This document shows positions 12,315-20,198 of a stretch of DNA of 64,000 bases, one piece after another. Within the stretch, counting starts at the first letter, position 1, and every line of letters starts with the position of its first letter. Origin of the DNA: an uncultured Muribaculaceae bacterium (GTDB taxonomy: Bacteria > Bacillota_I > Bacilli_A > RF39 > UBA660); the NCBI GenBank assembly GCA_964587565.1, contig CAZPLK010000004.1, forward strand, positions 4,220-68,219. Reading direction: 5' to 3'. A program made the translations under genes and the position numbers. A model generated the notes under the pieces. That model was given only the letters and a program-made list of their open reading frames with translations, had not been told where the DNA came from and did not search any database.

Positions 12315-12547
12315 AGCACCACCACCTTATATAAGTCTAAAAATATTTTACACTAAAAAACCAAAAAAACCAAGTTAAATACTGTTTTCCACATGAAAAA
12401 ACATAAAAACTAACACTTTTCCCCAATTTTGTGGAAAAGTTATACAATTAACAAACGATTATAATAAGTTTTCCACAATATTGTGAATAACTATTAATTG
12501 CCCAGGAAATAAAAGTATTAAATATTCACATTTTAATGTGGATATGT
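12315..12547. promoter_or_regulatory. oriC: oriC sub-region / dnaA control region (dnaA-rpmH spacer) with a DnaA-box cluster
   Basis: TTTTCCACA at 12385-12393 and 12469-12477. TGTGGAAAA at 12430-12438. TGTGAATAA at 12482-12490. ATATTCACA at 12522-12530. TGTGGATAT at 12537-12545. All are within 2 mismatches of TTATCCACA. Confidence 0.8.
12497..12510. promoter_or_regulatory. NBS-like palindrome ATTGCCCAGGAAAT inside oriC (12/14)
   Basis: Lies between DnaA boxes 12482-12490 and 12522-12530. Two mismatches to ATTTCCCGGGAAAT. Confidence 0.3.
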
Positions 12548-12576
12548 TTGACAAACAAAAAAAACATATATATAAT
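12548..12576 (+). promoter_or_regulatory. Consensus sigma-A promoter for rpmH-rnpA (TTGACA-N17-TATAAT)
   Basis: TTGACA at 12548-12553 and TATAAT at 12571-12576. Confidence 0.7.
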
Positions 12577-12623
12577 TATATAGTAATTGTTAATAAGTTA
12601 CTAAAAAATTCAGGAGGTGTATT

Positions 12624-12746
12624 ATGAAAAGAACTTATCAACCTAATAAAAGAAGAAAAAGTAAAAAACATGGATTTTTTGCTAGAATGAAATCGAACGT
12701 AATAAAAAGAAGACGTAAAAAAGGTAGAAAAAGATTATCACATTAA
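12624..12746 (+). CDS. rpmH: 50S ribosomal protein L34
   Basis: Not in the ORF track (40 aa). [24 protein letters not shown]... after the RBS AGGAGG. Confidence 0.95.
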   Translation: MKRTYQPNKRRKSKKHGFFARMKSNVIKRRRKKGRKRLSH

Positions 12747-12786
12747 ACACTACTATACCAGTGGTGTTTTATTGAATGGTGGTATT

Positions 12787-13116
12787 ATGAAAAAAAAGTA
12801 TATAATAAGACAAAATAGTGAATTTAACAGAATTATTAAATCTATAAAACCATATAGATATAAATATTTATTATTTTATGTTGAAAATACAACCGAAAAT
12901 AAATATCTTTTCGGCTTTTCTATTGGTAAAAAAATTGGTAATGCTGTTAAAAGAAATAAATTAAAACGCCAAATAAAATCTATTACTTCGAAAAATGACT
13001 ATCAAAATGGATTTAATTGTATTATAATGGTAAACAAAGGTGTTGTTAATATACCATATCAACAACTCAAAAAAGATATAAATGAATCACTAAGAAAATT
13101 AAATTTAATAAAATAA
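12787..13116 (+). CDS. rnpA: Ribonuclease P protein component
   Basis: Basic ~110-aa protein directly after rpmH. KKIGNAVKRNKLKRQ (RNR-like motif). ATG at 12787 preferred over the upstream TTG. Confidence 0.9.
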   Translation: MKKKYIIRQNSEFNRIIKSIKPYRYKYLLFYVENTTENKYLFGFSIGKKIGNAVKRNKLKRQIKSITSKNDYQNGFNCIIMVNKGVVNIPYQQLKKDINESLRKLNLIK

Positions 13117-13126
13117 GGAGAAAAAT

Positions 13127-14035
13127 ATGAAACAAAAAAAAGTTAAACTAATATTACTAACAATTCTTTTAATTATATTAACAGGTTGTACCAAAAATTT
13201 TAATCACGAAGGTAAAGTTTATACTGAAAATATTTTATGTAGACCAGAGAAAACTGAAACAATAAAAATTTATGAAGAAAACAAAATAAATATTGAAAAA
13301 TTAAAGTCATGTGATGAATTTAAAATAACAGACGGTGGATATGAGGGGTTATGGAACAGTATATTTGTAAAACCTTTAGCTGTATTATTATTAAGGATTG
13401 GTAATTTGTTAAAAAGTTATGGTTTGGCAATAATATCGATTACCATATTATTGAGATTACTAATTATGCCATTAACAGCAAAAACAATGATGCAATCCGA
13501 AAATATGAAAAAAGCACAACCGGAAATAGATAAATTGAATAAAAAATATGAAAATAAAACTGATAGAGATTCTTTAATGGCTAAAAGTCAAGAGCAATTA
13601 CTTATATATAAAAAATATAATATTAAACCAATGTCAGGTTGCTTATTTGCTTTTATTCAAATCCCGTTATTTTTTGCTTTTTTCGAAGCTATAAATAGGT
13701 TGCCGGTATTATTTGAAGAAAATTTCTTAAATTTATTTCAATTAAGAAGAACACCATTAGAAGCGTTTAAACTTAATCAGTATTATTATATTATTTTTAA
13801 CATTTTAATAATAGTGACTACTTATTTTTCTTTTAAAATGAATAAGTCACCTGGAATTACGGAGGAACAAGAAAAACAAATGCAAATGACATCTACTATC
13901 ATGTTAGTTATGATATCATTTATTTCGTTTAATCTTCCAACAGGAATTGGATTATACTGGATATTTAATAGTGGGTTTGCCATTTTTCAAAATATAATAA
14001 TGAAAAGGAGAAAATCAAATGTTAAAAATTTATAA
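13127..14035 (+). CDS. yidC: Membrane protein insertase YidC/SpoIIIJ (lipoprotein type)
   Basis: Lipobox LILTGC, 60-kDa-insertase core with conserved TM pattern. rnpA-yidC-jag synteny. Confidence 0.9.
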   Translation: MKQKKVKLILLTILLIILTGCTKNFNHEGKVYTENILCRPEKTETIKIYEENKINIEKLKSCDEFKITDGGYEGLWNSIFVKPLAVLLLRIGNLLKSYGLAIISITILLRLLIMPLTAKTMMQSENMKKAQPEIDKLNKKYENKTDRDSLMAKSQEQLLIYKKYNIKPMSGCLFAFIQIPLFFAFFEAINRLPVLFEENFLNLFQLRRTPLEAFKLNQYYYIIFNILIIVTTYFSFKMNKSPGITEEQEKQMQMTSTIMLVMISFISFNLPTGIGLYWIFNSGFAIFQNIIMKRRKSNVKNL

Positions 14036-14627
14036 TTATGAAGGTAAAAACGAAGAAGAATTAACTTCAAAATCTTTAGAAGAATTAAATACAACAAAAA
14101 AGAAAGTATTTATTAACAAAAAAGAAATAAAAGGAAAATTATTTATAGGTAAAAAAATTGAATTACAAGTCTTACTACATGATGATTTAATAAACTATAT
14201 AAAAGAATATTTTTCTAATTTATCAACTTTAATCGGGATTGAAATAAATCCAGAAATTCAAATAAGAGATGAAATTTTAAAAATAAATTTAATTACTTCT
14301 AATAATTCTATAATGATTGGAAGAAATGGAAGAACCATCAATTCAATTCAAAGTTTATTAAAACAAAATATAAATAACAATGTACCATTTCACATAAAAT
14401 TAAATGTAGATGTATCTAATTATAAATCTCAAAAAATTAACTATCTTGAAAAAAATATTATAAATATATGTAATGAAGTAATTAAAAGCAAAATAGATGT
14501 TAAATTAGATCCAATGAATTCTTATGAAAGAAGAATTGTACATAATATTATTAATAAATATGAACAATTAAAAAGTATAAGTGAAGGAAGCGAACCTAAT
14601 AGATATGTAGTAATTCAATATAAATAA
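14019..14627 (+). CDS. jag: RNA-binding protein Jag/KhpB (KH + R3H)
   Basis: C-terminal R3H (YERRIVHNII) and a central KH-like region. Overlaps the yidC end. Confidence 0.85.
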   Translation: MLKIYNYEGKNEEELTSKSLEELNTTKKKVFINKKEIKGKLFIGKKIELQVLLHDDLINYIKEYFSNLSTLIGIEINPEIQIRDEILKINLITSNNSIMIGRNGRTINSIQSLLKQNINNNVPFHIKLNVDVSNYKSQKINYLEKNIINICNEVIKSKIDVKLDPMNSYERRIVHNIINKYEQLKSISEGSEPNRYVVIQYK

Positions 14628-14634
14628 ATAGTAA

Positions 14635-14661
14635 AACAATTGCGAACGCAATTGTTTTTTT
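14635..14661 (+). terminator. Intrinsic terminator after jag
   Basis: AACAATTGCG-AA-CGCAATTGTT followed by a T-run. Confidence 0.8.
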
Positions 14662-14669
14662 ATAAAAAA

Positions 14670-14698
14670 TTGTAAAAAATATAAAAATGGATTATAAT
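14670..14698 (+). promoter_or_regulatory. Sigma-A promoter for mnmE operon (TTGTAA-N17-TATAAT)
   Basis: Exact 17-nt spacing, about 50 nt upstream of the mnmE ATG. Confidence 0.55.
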
Positions 14699-14751
14699 AT
14701 AAAAACTAAACTTAATTACGTGAGTTTATATAAACAAAGGAAGATGATAAA

Positions 14752-16107
14752 ATGGATGATACAATAGTAGCAATATCAACTGCTTTAGGGGTTGGAGCAA
14801 TATCAATTATAAGGGTAAGTGGAAATGAATCGATAAAAATAGTTAACAAAATTTTTAAAGGTACCAATTTAGAACAAGTAAAATCACACACTATTAATTA
14901 TGGTTATATTGTTGAAAACGGAAAAATTATAGATGAAGTGCTTGTAACAGTAATGTTATCCCCCAAAACATTTACAAAAGAAGATATTATTGAAATAAAT
15001 TGCCATGGAAGTATTGCAACCGTTAATAAAATATTAGAAATATTATTAAACAATGGTTGTCGTTTAGCAGAACCAGGTGAATTCACTAAAAGGGCATTTT
15101 TAAATGGAAGAATAGATTTAATTGAAGCTGAAGCAGTAATTGATTTGATTAATTCAAGAACAGACCAATCAAGAGAATTAGCCCTTAATCATTTAAGTGG
15201 CACAGTTTCAGAACAAATAAAAACATTAAGGCAGGAAATACTTGAAATAATTGCTAACATTCAAGTAAATATAGATTATCCTGAATATGATGATATAGAG
15301 GAAATGACTATTGAAAAAATAAAAGAAAAAATGAATTCTATTAAAATTAAAATAATTAACATTATAAATGAAAGTAAAAATAGCAAAATAATAAAAAACG
15401 GAATTAAAGTTTCAATTATAGGAAAACCTAATGTAGGAAAAAGTAGTATATTAAATAAATTAATTAATGAAGAAAAAGCGATAGTTACAAATATACCTGG
15501 CACAACGAGGGATGTTGTAGAAGGTACACTTAATATAGATGGACTCGTATTAAATATTATAGATACAGCGGGAATTCGCAAAACTGATGATTTAGTTGAA
15601 AGTATAGGAGTAAAGAAAAGTTTAAAATTAATTGAAGATTCAGATTTAGTATTATTCGTTTTAAATAATAATGAAATTATAGAAGATGAAGAATATGAAA
15701 TATTATCCACTCTTACAGAAAAAAATCATATAGTTTTAATTAATAAATCTGATTTACCTAAAAAAATAAAATTAGAAAATATAAAAAGTGAATATATTAT
15801 TAATACTAGTGTTAATAGTAATAGTGGATTTGAAGAATTAAAAGATACAATTAAAAAAATATATAATTTAGATAAAATAATGACAAAAGATTTAACATAT
15901 TTAAGTAGTGCTAGAAGTGTGTCGATATTAAAGAGCATTTTAAATATTATAAATGATATTGAAAAAGGTATTACGAATAACGAATACATTGATATGTTAG
16001 AAATAGATATAAAAACAATTTGGTTTAAATTAGGTGAAATAATAGGGGAAACATATGAAGAAGATTTAATTCACCAAATATTTGAACAATTTTGTTTAGG
16101 TAAATAG
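14752..16107 (+). CDS. mnmE: tRNA modification GTPase MnmE
   Basis: 451 aa. G-domain GKPNVGKSS / DTAG / NKSD. C-terminal FCLGK motif. Confidence 0.95.
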   Translation: MDDTIVAISTALGVGAISIIRVSGNESIKIVNKIFKGTNLEQVKSHTINYGYIVENGKIIDEVLVTVMLSPKTFTKEDIIEINCHGSIATVNKILEILLNNGCRLAEPGEFTKRAFLNGRIDLIEAEAVIDLINSRTDQSRELALNHLSGTVSEQIKTLRQEILEIIANIQVNIDYPEYDDIEEMTIEKIKEKMNSIKIKIINIINESKNSKIIKNGIKVSIIGKPNVGKSSILNKLINEEKAIVTNIPGTTRDVVEGTLNIDGLVLNIIDTAGIRKTDDLVESIGVKKSLKLIEDSDLVLFVLNNNEIIEDEEYEILSTLTEKNHIVLINKSDLPKKIKLENIKSEYIINTSVNSNSGFEELKDTIKKIYNLDKIMTKDLTYLSSARSVSILKSILNIINDIEKGITNNEYIDMLEIDIKTIWFKLGEIIGETYEEDLIHQIFEQFCLGK

Positions 16108-16118
16108 GTGGTGAAAAA

Positions 16119-17987
16119 ATGAATTATCAAATAATTGTTGTTGGCGGTGGACATGCTGGTTGTGAAGCAGCACTTGCATCCGCAAAAAAAGGTCATAAAA
16201 CTTTATTAATAACTAGTAATATAAAAAATATAGCAGATATGCCATGTAATCCGTCAATTGGTGGTAGTGCAAAAGGAATAGTAGTAAGGGAAATTGATGC
16301 ATTAGGAGGAGTAATGTCTAAAATAGCAGATAAATCCCAAATTCAAATAAAAAAATTAAATAGTAAAAAAGGTCCTGCTGTTCAAGCACTTAGAGCACAA
16401 ATAGATAAAGAAATGTATCCAAAAGAAATGTTGAAACTTTTAAAAAATCAAAAAAATCTTGAAATTTTAGAAAATATGGTAGAAAACTTAATAATAGAAA
16501 AAAATAAAATAAGAGGAGTAATTTTAAAAAATCAAACTAAAATTTACAGTGAAATAGTAATATTAACAACCGGTACGTACATGAAGTCAGATATATTAAT
16601 AGGTAATAACAGGACTAGGAAAGGTCCAAACAATGAAGAACCAAGTTTATATTTAAGTGATAATTTACAAAAATTGGGGTTTAAGATTATAAGACTTAAA
16701 ACAGGAACCCCACCAAGAATAGATAAACACACGATTGATTATAGTAAAATGAAAATAGAACCAGGAGATAAAACACATTTAGCATTTAGTTTTGATACTA
16801 TCCCAACATATAAAATAGAGGAACAAGAGGATTGTTATTTAACTTATACAAATAAAAAAATGCATGAAATAATAAAAGAAAATTTACACTTATCTAGTAT
16901 GTATGGTGGAATTGAGGATGTAACAAGTGTTGGTCCAAGGTACTGTCCTTCCATTGAAGATAAAATCGTACGTTTTTCTGATAAGGAAAAGCATCAAATT
17001 TTTTTGGAGCCCGAAAGTAAATTGACTAATAGTATGTATTTACAAGGTTTATCAACAAGTTTACCGAAATCAGTACAAGAAAAACTAGTAAGAAGTATAG
17101 AAGGTATGGGAAAAAGTAAAATAATTAATTATGCATACGCTATTGAATACGATGCTATATATCCAACTCAAATCAAACAAACTTTAGAAACAAAAGTTAT
17201 TGAAAACTTGTACACAGCTGGTCAAATAAACGGTACAAGTGGTTATGAAGAAGCGGCTTGTCAAGGGTTATTAGCTGGAATAAATGCATCATTAAAACTT
17301 GAAAAAAGGCAACCTTTAATTTTAAAAAGAAATGAAGCCTATATTGGTGTTTTAATAGATGACTTAGTTACAAAAGGTGTTATAGATCCTTATCGTTTAT
17401 TAACTTCTCGAGCAGAGTATAGACTGTTATTAAGACATGATAATGCAGATTTAAGATTACGGGAAATTGGATATAATGTAGGATTAATCAATGAAGTACA
17501 GTACCAAGAACATAAAACTAAAATAAATAATATCCAAAAACTAATTAAATTGTTAAAAACACTTAAAATTGTCCCAAGTGAAGAAACAAATGAATATTTA
17601 AAACATATAAAATCAGCAACAATAAAAGATGGAATTAGTTTTTATGATTTATTAAAAAGGCCTGAAATTACAATTAATAAATTACAATATTTTTTTGAAA
17701 TTGATTTTCCAAAAGAAGTAATTGAACAAGTAGAAACTATTATAAAATACGAAGGTTATATTAAAAAAGCAGAAAAAGAAGCTGAAAAAATGATAAAATT
17801 TGAAAACATGAAAATTCCTGAAAATATAAATTACGATAAAATCCATAATCTTGCTAGTGAAGCAAAACAAAAGTTAAAAGAAATAAAACCAACATCAATT
17901 GGACAAGCAATAAGAATAAGTGGTGTTAATCCATCAGATATATCAATTTTAATGGTATATTTAAAAAAGGAGAGAATTAATGACTGA
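16119..17987 (+). CDS. mnmG: tRNA uridine 5-carboxymethylaminomethyl modification enzyme MnmG
   Basis: 622 aa. FAD fold VVGGGHAGCEAA. Family-wide conservation. Confidence 0.95.
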   Translation: MNYQIIVVGGGHAGCEAALASAKKGHKTLLITSNIKNIADMPCNPSIGGSAKGIVVREIDALGGVMSKIADKSQIQIKKLNSKKGPAVQALRAQIDKEMYPKEMLKLLKNQKNLEILENMVENLIIEKNKIRGVILKNQTKIYSEIVILTTGTYMKSDILIGNNRTRKGPNNEEPSLYLSDNLQKLGFKIIRLKTGTPPRIDKHTIDYSKMKIEPGDKTHLAFSFDTIPTYKIEEQEDCYLTYTNKKMHEIIKENLHLSSMYGGIEDVTSVGPRYCPSIEDKIVRFSDKEKHQIFLEPESKLTNSMYLQGLSTSLPKSVQEKLVRSIEGMGKSKIINYAYAIEYDAIYPTQIKQTLETKVIENLYTAGQINGTSGYEEAACQGLLAGINASLKLEKRQPLILKRNEAYIGVLIDDLVTKGVIDPYRLLTSRAEYRLLLRHDNADLRLREIGYNVGLINEVQYQEHKTKINNIQKLIKLLKTLKIVPSEETNEYLKHIKSATIKDGISFYDLLKRPEITINKLQYFFEIDFPKEVIEQVETIIKYEGYIKKAEKEAEKMIKFENMKIPENINYDKIHNLASEAKQKLKEIKPTSIGQAIRISGVNPSDISILMVYLKKERIND

Positions 17988-18684
17988 AGAAGAGTTTAAA
18001 AACAATTTAAAAAACATTGGAATAATTGCTACTGACTTGCAATTAATTCAATTAAAGAAATATTATCAATTATTGTGTGAGTGGAACAAAAAAATGAATT
18101 TGACAAGGATTATTGAAAAAGAAGATGTGTATTTAAAACATTTTTATGATTCTTTAACAATAGTTAAAATAATAGATTTAAAAATGATTAATAATATGTG
18201 TGATGTAGGAACAGGTGCTGGTTTTCCTGGAATCGTAATAAAAATCTTTTTTCCTCAAATAGATGTTACTTTAATTGATTCATTAAATAAACGTGTAGTA
18301 TTTTTAAATGAAGTTATTTATGAATTACAACTAAATAATATAAATGTAATTCACGGTCGAATAGAGGATTATGCCAAAAATAACATATCCAAATTTGATT
18401 TAGTAGTAGCACGTGCAGTAGCACCTTTAAATGTATTGTTGGAATATTGTATTCCAATTGTAAAAGTTGGAAAAAATTTCGTAGCAATGAAAGGAGATAT
18501 TTCCCAGGAAATATTAAATTCGCAAAAGGCATTAAAAATTTTAAAATGTAGTGTAGTTAAAATTAAAAAATTTGAGCTACCTATTGAACAAAGTAAAAGG
18601 AGTTTAATATCAATAAAAAAGGAAACAAAAACACCTTCTAAATATCCCAGAGAATTTAAGCACATAAAAAATAATCCATTATAA
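17980..18684 (+). CDS. rsmG: 16S rRNA (guanine527-N7)-methyltransferase RsmG
   Basis: 234 aa. SAM motif DVGTGAGFPGI. Follows mnmG. Confidence 0.93.
   Translation: MTEEEFKNNLKNIGIIATDLQLIQLKKYYQLLCEWNKKMNLTRIIEKEDVYLKHFYDSLTIVKIIDLKMINNMCDVGTGAGFPGIVIKIFFPQIDVTLIDSLNKRVVFLNEVIYELQLNNINVIHGRIEDYAKNNISKFDLVVARAVAPLNVLLEYCIPIVKVGKNFVAMKGDISQEILNSQKALKILKCSVVKIKKFELPIEQSKRSLISIKKETKTPSKYPREFKHIKNNPL
18499..18512. promoter_or_regulatory. NBS-like palindrome ATTTCCCAGGAAAT inside rsmG (13/14)
   Basis: Same 19-mer as in dnaX. Lies about 270 bp upstream of the noc-like start. Confidence 0.45.
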
Positions 18685-18689
18685 AAAAC

Positions 18690-18703
18690 ATTTCCCGGGA
18701 AAT
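18690..18703. promoter_or_regulatory. Perfect Noc-binding site ATTTCCCGGGAAAT (followed by half-site ATTTCCC at 18704-18710)
   Basis: Exact match to the 14-bp B. subtilis NBS palindrome as I recall it. Located in the rsmG-noc intergenic region, about 80 bp upstream of the noc-like start. Confidence 0.65.
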
Positions 18704-18779
18704 ATTTCCCAAAAAAGATTGTAATATTAAGTAAAATATAGTAATATAAAAGTATAAAAGAATAAAAAGGAGGCAAATT

Positions 18780-20108
18780 GTGGAAAATAAAAGAAAAGTT
18801 ATTGAATTAAATCTTGATGATGTTTTACCAAATAGGTTCCAGCCACGAATTAAATTTGATGAAAAGGCAATTAATGAATTAGCCGGTTCAATTAAAGAAT
18901 ACGGAGTCATACAACCAATTTTAGTAAGGGAAATTGGAGATAAATACGAAATTATCGCAGGTGAAAGAAGATATAAAGCTAGTGCACTAGCAGGTAAACA
19001 AACAATTCCTGCAATAATAAGTAATTTGAATGATAGAGATAGTGCTGAAGTCGCACTAATTGAAAATATACAAAGGAAAGATTTAACTCCAATAGAAGAG
19101 GCAATATCATACAAAAAAATATTAGATATGGGTTATTTAAACCAAGAAGAATTAGCTGACAAATTAGATAAAACGCAATCAACAATATCAAATAAACTAA
19201 GACTATTAAATTTAGACGAGGAAGTTCAAGAAGCTTTATTAAATAATCAAATTTCTGAAAGACATGCTAGATCATTATTGAGATTAGAAAACTCAATGGA
19301 ACAAAAAGAAATGTTACAAAGAATTATTGAAGAAAGATTACCAGTTAGGAAAACTGATATAGAAATTGACAAAATATTAAATATTGAATCTTATACAGCT
19401 GATTATTCTAGTGAAAAGATAGAAAACGATATACCAGATGAAAAAGTTGATATCTTTAATATTCCTTCATCACCGATAATAGAATCGTTTGATGAAATAG
19501 AAATATTTGATGATTTTAATAACAATGAGACAAATTTTAAACCTGGATTTTTAGATATTGATAGAATTGAACAAACAGCGGAAGAAATAAATACAGAACA
19601 ACCATTAGCGGATATTCAAAAATTATTAGAATCTGATAATAATACCATTAATAATGAAATATATGAAGGTGTCGAAGAAAAAGAAGAAAATAATAATATA
19701 ATTCATGGTAAATTTTTCAGTTTTGTAGATGATAATAAAAATAATGAATTAGTTACAGAACAAACAGATAATGATAATAAAACAAATTTAAATGAGTTAA
19801 ACAGTGATTTTATAACTGATATTAAAAGTGAAGAAGTTTCATCGACATTTGAACCGGATTATAATTTTGATTTTACGCCTAGTGATGTAGAAACTGATAA
19901 ATTATTATTTGGTAATAATGATGTAGTAGATTACTCAATCCCAGGAGTTGATGATATAGAATACGGTGAAAAAACAATTACTTTAAATAATGCAATAACA
20001 GAAGCAAGGAATTTTGGACAAACATTAGAAAAAATGGGTTTTGAAATAGAAATTGAAGAATTAGATTTAATGGATATTTATGAAATTAAATTTAAAATAA
20101 AAAAATAA
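18780..20108 (+). CDS. noc: Nucleoid occlusion protein Noc-like ParB paralogue (atypical, 442 aa)
   Basis: GTG start after AAAAAGGAGG. ParB N-domain (IQPILVR, GERRYKAS). The HTH KTQSTISNKLRLL...ISERHARSL resembles B. subtilis Noc (KGQSTIANKLRLL...ITERHARAL) rather than Spo0J. Position after rsmG. Long D/E/N-rich insert, then a Noc-like C-terminal domain. Confidence 0.75.
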   Translation: MENKRKVIELNLDDVLPNRFQPRIKFDEKAINELAGSIKEYGVIQPILVREIGDKYEIIAGERRYKASALAGKQTIPAIISNLNDRDSAEVALIENIQRKDLTPIEEAISYKKILDMGYLNQEELADKLDKTQSTISNKLRLLNLDEEVQEALLNNQISERHARSLLRLENSMEQKEMLQRIIEERLPVRKTDIEIDKILNIESYTADYSSEKIENDIPDEKVDIFNIPSSPIIESFDEIEIFDDFNNNETNFKPGFLDIDRIEQTAEEINTEQPLADIQKLLESDNNTINNEIYEGVEEKEENNNIIHGKFFSFVDDNKNNELVTEQTDNDNKTNLNELNSDFITDIKSEEVSSTFEPDYNFDFTPSDVETDKLLFGNNDVVDYSIPGVDDIEYGEKTITLNNAITEARNFGQTLEKMGFEIEIEELDLMDIYEIKFKIKK

Positions 20109-20129
20109 ACTGTTAAACAGTTTTTTTTT
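20107..20129 (+). terminator. Intrinsic terminator after noc-like gene
   Basis: AAACTGT-TAA-ACAGTTT followed by T9. Confidence 0.75.
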
Positions 20130-20198
20130 GACCTAAACTTGTTAAAGATTCATATCAATGATAAAATGAAGTGAGTTTATTAAAAAAGGAGTGTATAT

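Noticed and set aside
20109-20198. Searched for a LexA/Cheo box (CGAAC-N4-GTTCG) upstream of uvrB.
   Set aside because: No GAAC-N4-GTTC-like sequence is present in the spacer. Only a terminator and a sigma-A-like promoter are visible.
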